From an uncultured Chloroflexia bacterium (lineage in GTDB: Bacteria > Chloroflexota > Dehalococcoidia > GIF9 > UBA5629), in contig CAWKFY010000020.1 of assembly GCA_963848815.1 (NCBI GenBank), forward strand, positions 74,760-138,759: a stretch of 64,000 nucleotides of DNA, in the 5' to 3' direction. A program made the translations under genes and the position numbers. Each line of letters opens with the position of its first letter. Positions within the stretch are counted from its first letter, which is position 1. The notes below the pieces were generated by a model. It saw only the letters and a list, made by a program, of their open reading frames with translations. It made no database searches and was not told the DNA's origin. Shown here piece by piece: positions 61,931 through 64,000 of this stretch.

Positions 61931-63124
61931 CTAGACTATCTCCCGGTCCATCAGGTCGGCCAGCTTCTCTTCGCTGTAGCCTAGCAGATCGGTATAGACC
62001 TCGCTGTTGTGCTCGCCCAGGAAGGGAGCCGGGTTTAACGGGTCCCCCGGCGTCTCCGACATTTTGAAAACGGTACCCGGCATCTTCAGCGGGCCGGATA
62101 TCATTTGCTCGACCTCTACCGTCATCTGGCGGCTCTGCATGTGGGGATCGTTCATAACCTGGGCAACATCAAATACCTGAGCGCATGGCAGTCCGGCTTC
62201 ATCCATCATATTTACCAGCTCAGCAACAGTGTAGTCCTTAACCCAGTTAGCCACAATGGCATCCAGCTCGGCGCGCCTGCCCAGGCGCACAACCATGCGG
62301 CACTCGTCCGGGTCTTGCACCAGGTCCGGCCTGCCTATAATCCGGCCGAACTTTTGCCAGTGCCCGATGGTCAGGATAGTCAGGACGACATAGCCGTCCT
62401 TGGCCCGGTAAACGTTCCAGGGCACGATGCCCGGATGCATATTGCCGATCCTGCCCGGCGCAGTGCCTGTGAGGCCGTAGGCCGCCAGCGATTCAACAGA
62501 GGTCATGGCCCAGATATAGTCCTGCAACGAGATATCGATATGCTGGCCGACGCCGCTATTATTCCTGTATTGCAGCGCCGCCAGTATCCCGATAACGGTA
62601 TAGGCGCCGCCGCCCAGGTCGGCGATCGGCGGTCCGCACTTGGTGGGCGGATTTTCAGAAAAACCTGTCACGCTCATCAGGCCGCCCATGGCCTGCGCCA
62701 CCATGTCGAAGGCCGGCCTGTGGGCGTTAGGCCCGGTCTGCCCGAACCCCGACAGAGAAGCATATATCAGCTTGGGATTTATCTTTTTGGCATCTTCCCA
62801 CCCCAGCCCCAGTCTGTCCATAACGCCAGGGGTGAAGTTCTCCAGTAAAATATCGCTTTTGGCGATCAGGTCACGCACTATCTGCTGGCCTTCAGGGGTT
62901 TTCAGCTCCAGCGTTATACTTTTCTTGCCGCGGTTGAGCATGGAAAAGGTATATCCTTCTCCGCCTTCCGTGATGGGCGGGATGGTCCGGCAGGCATCTC
63001 CGGCCTCCCGGAACTCGACTTTGATAACCTCCGCCCCCAGCTCACGCAAAATCATCGAACAAAACGGGCCGGCATACATGCGGCTGAAGTCCAGGATACG
63101 AATATTTGATAAGGCTCCGGGCAT
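61931..63124 (-). CDS. CoA-transferase family III paralog
   Basis: same motifs, ADLGGG. Confidence 0.93.
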   Translation of the reverse strand: MPGALSNIRILDFSRMYAGPFCSMILRELGAEVIKVEFREAGDACRTIPPITEGGEGYTFSMLNRGKKSITLELKTPEGQQIVRDLIAKSDILLENFTPGVMDRLGLGWEDAKKINPKLIYASLSGFGQTGPNAHRPAFDMVAQAMGGLMSVTGFSENPPTKCGPPIADLGGGAYTVIGILAALQYRNNSGVGQHIDISLQDYIWAMTSVESLAAYGLTGTAPGRIGNMHPGIVPWNVYRAKDGYVVLTILTIGHWQKFGRIIGRPDLVQDPDECRMVVRLGRRAELDAIVANWVKDYTVAELVNMMDEAGLPCAQVFDVAQVMNDPHMQSRQMTVEVEQMISGPLKMPGTVFKMSETPGDPLNPAPFLGEHNSEVYTDLLGYSEEKLADLMDREIV

Positions 63125-63265
63125 GTAATTTTCTCCTTACTTATATTGATTTGCCAGTCAATCAATTAATTATTATCGCAGCTTTTGGGGATGGTGGCAA
63201 ATCCCCCTCAGCCACATCCTGCCTCAATTCTTGTTCGTACTATATTTTTTGAGTATACTAATCAT

Positions 63266-63502
63266 ATGTGTTTGGCAGTCCCGGTTAGGATTACATCCAT
63301 CGACGGCGAAGAGGCGGAAGTCGATATAGGCGGAGTAGGCCGCAAGGTTAGCATCACGCTTACGCCCGAAGCCAGGGTGGGCGACTACGTGCTGTTGCAC
63401 ACCGGCTATGCCATTAACGTTCTGAACGAGGAAGAAGCTCAGGAAACACTCGACCTTTTGGAACGCATGGTCAAGGCCGGCGAAGAGGCGGACCGGCGAT
63501 AG
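63266..63502 (+). CDS. hypC: hydrogenase maturation chaperone
   Basis: MCLAVP...GDYVLLHTGYAI. Confidence 0.95.
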   Translation: MCLAVPVRITSIDGEEAEVDIGGVGRKVSITLTPEARVGDYVLLHTGYAINVLNEEEAQETLDLLERMVKAGEEADRR

Positions 63503-63570
63503 ATTACCCGGCCAAGACGTAGAGCCGACACATGAATTTTCGAATATTTGAGCAGCCAAGGAGGCCGGTT

Positions 63571-64000
63571 ATGTTCAGGCGATATAGCATTCTTACTTGC
63601 TTGGTATCAATAGCTTTAATTGCATTGGGGCTGGGCTGCGCTTCGCAACCGGCTAAATCTCCAGCGGTGTCTGAAAACACTCAATCGGTAACGACGCCCC
63701 CCACTTCGCCGAATCTTCCGGCCATCAGGGTGATCCCCGTCAGGCCCCAGGTTTCGACAGAACCAACCGGACCCCTTAACTATACCGGAAAACTGGTGTT
63801 CACCTCAGGCACCAACGATGTGGGTGGGCCGCAACTCTACACCTCGACTGCTAATGGCGGGAACTGGCTCAAGCTGACCCCCAACACCAAGGGGGGCGAA
63901 TGGTTCCCCAAATGGTCACCCGACGGCACGAAAATCGCCTTCTACTCCGACATGACCGGTCACGAGCAGATCTATGTCATCAATGCCGACGGCAGCAACC
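63571..64000 (+). CDS. TolB-like PD40 beta-propeller lipoprotein (partial, runs off window)
   Basis: GGAGG RBS, LGLGC lipobox, PKWSPDGTKIAF repeat. Confidence 0.8.
   Translation, partial: MFRRYSILTCLVSIALIALGLGCASQPAKSPAVSENTQSVTTPPTSPNLPAIRVIPVRPQVSTEPTGPLNYTGKLVFTSGTNDVGGPQLYTSTANGGNWLKLTPNTKGGEWFPKWSPDGTKIAFYSDMTGHEQIYVINADGSN

Overview
Bacterial chromosome segment. Gene content (bacterial archaellin, group 3b/3c NiFe hydrogenases, DUF134/NifB-NifX block, GAAC-N4-GTTC boxes, many lipoproteins) suggests an anaerobic Chloroflexota/Dehalococcoidia-like organism; this is inference. Many conserved genes are split by 1-nt indels, probably long-read errors. Layout: (1) 1-21 kb, mixed metabolic and signalling genes, including a complete IS1595-family element with a passenger gene (2778-4533, 8-bp TSD) and a carotenoid oxygenase. 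(2) 21.2-43.0 kb, the main finding: an intact tRNA(CAT) gene (42923-42997, minus strand) followed by 11 co-oriented copies of its own 3' half. Homology stops at or before the anticodon loop. The copies divide 22 kb into 0.5-6 kb units, seven of which carry essentially one gene or one TA pair. No intact integrase is present, only three decayed integrase-like 5' remnants. It looks like a tRNA-anchored, cassette-like gene-accretion array. (3) 43.3-50.7 kb, ArsR regulator, mvhDGA (group 3c) and a group 3b hydrogenase operon. (4) 50.8-58.0 kb, a DUF134/DUF5320/NifB-NifX/Fe-S ATPase block bounded by repeated copies of the hydrogenase 3' end plus a REP. (5) hypF, two CoA-transferase III paralogs, hypC and a partial TolB-like lipoprotein.
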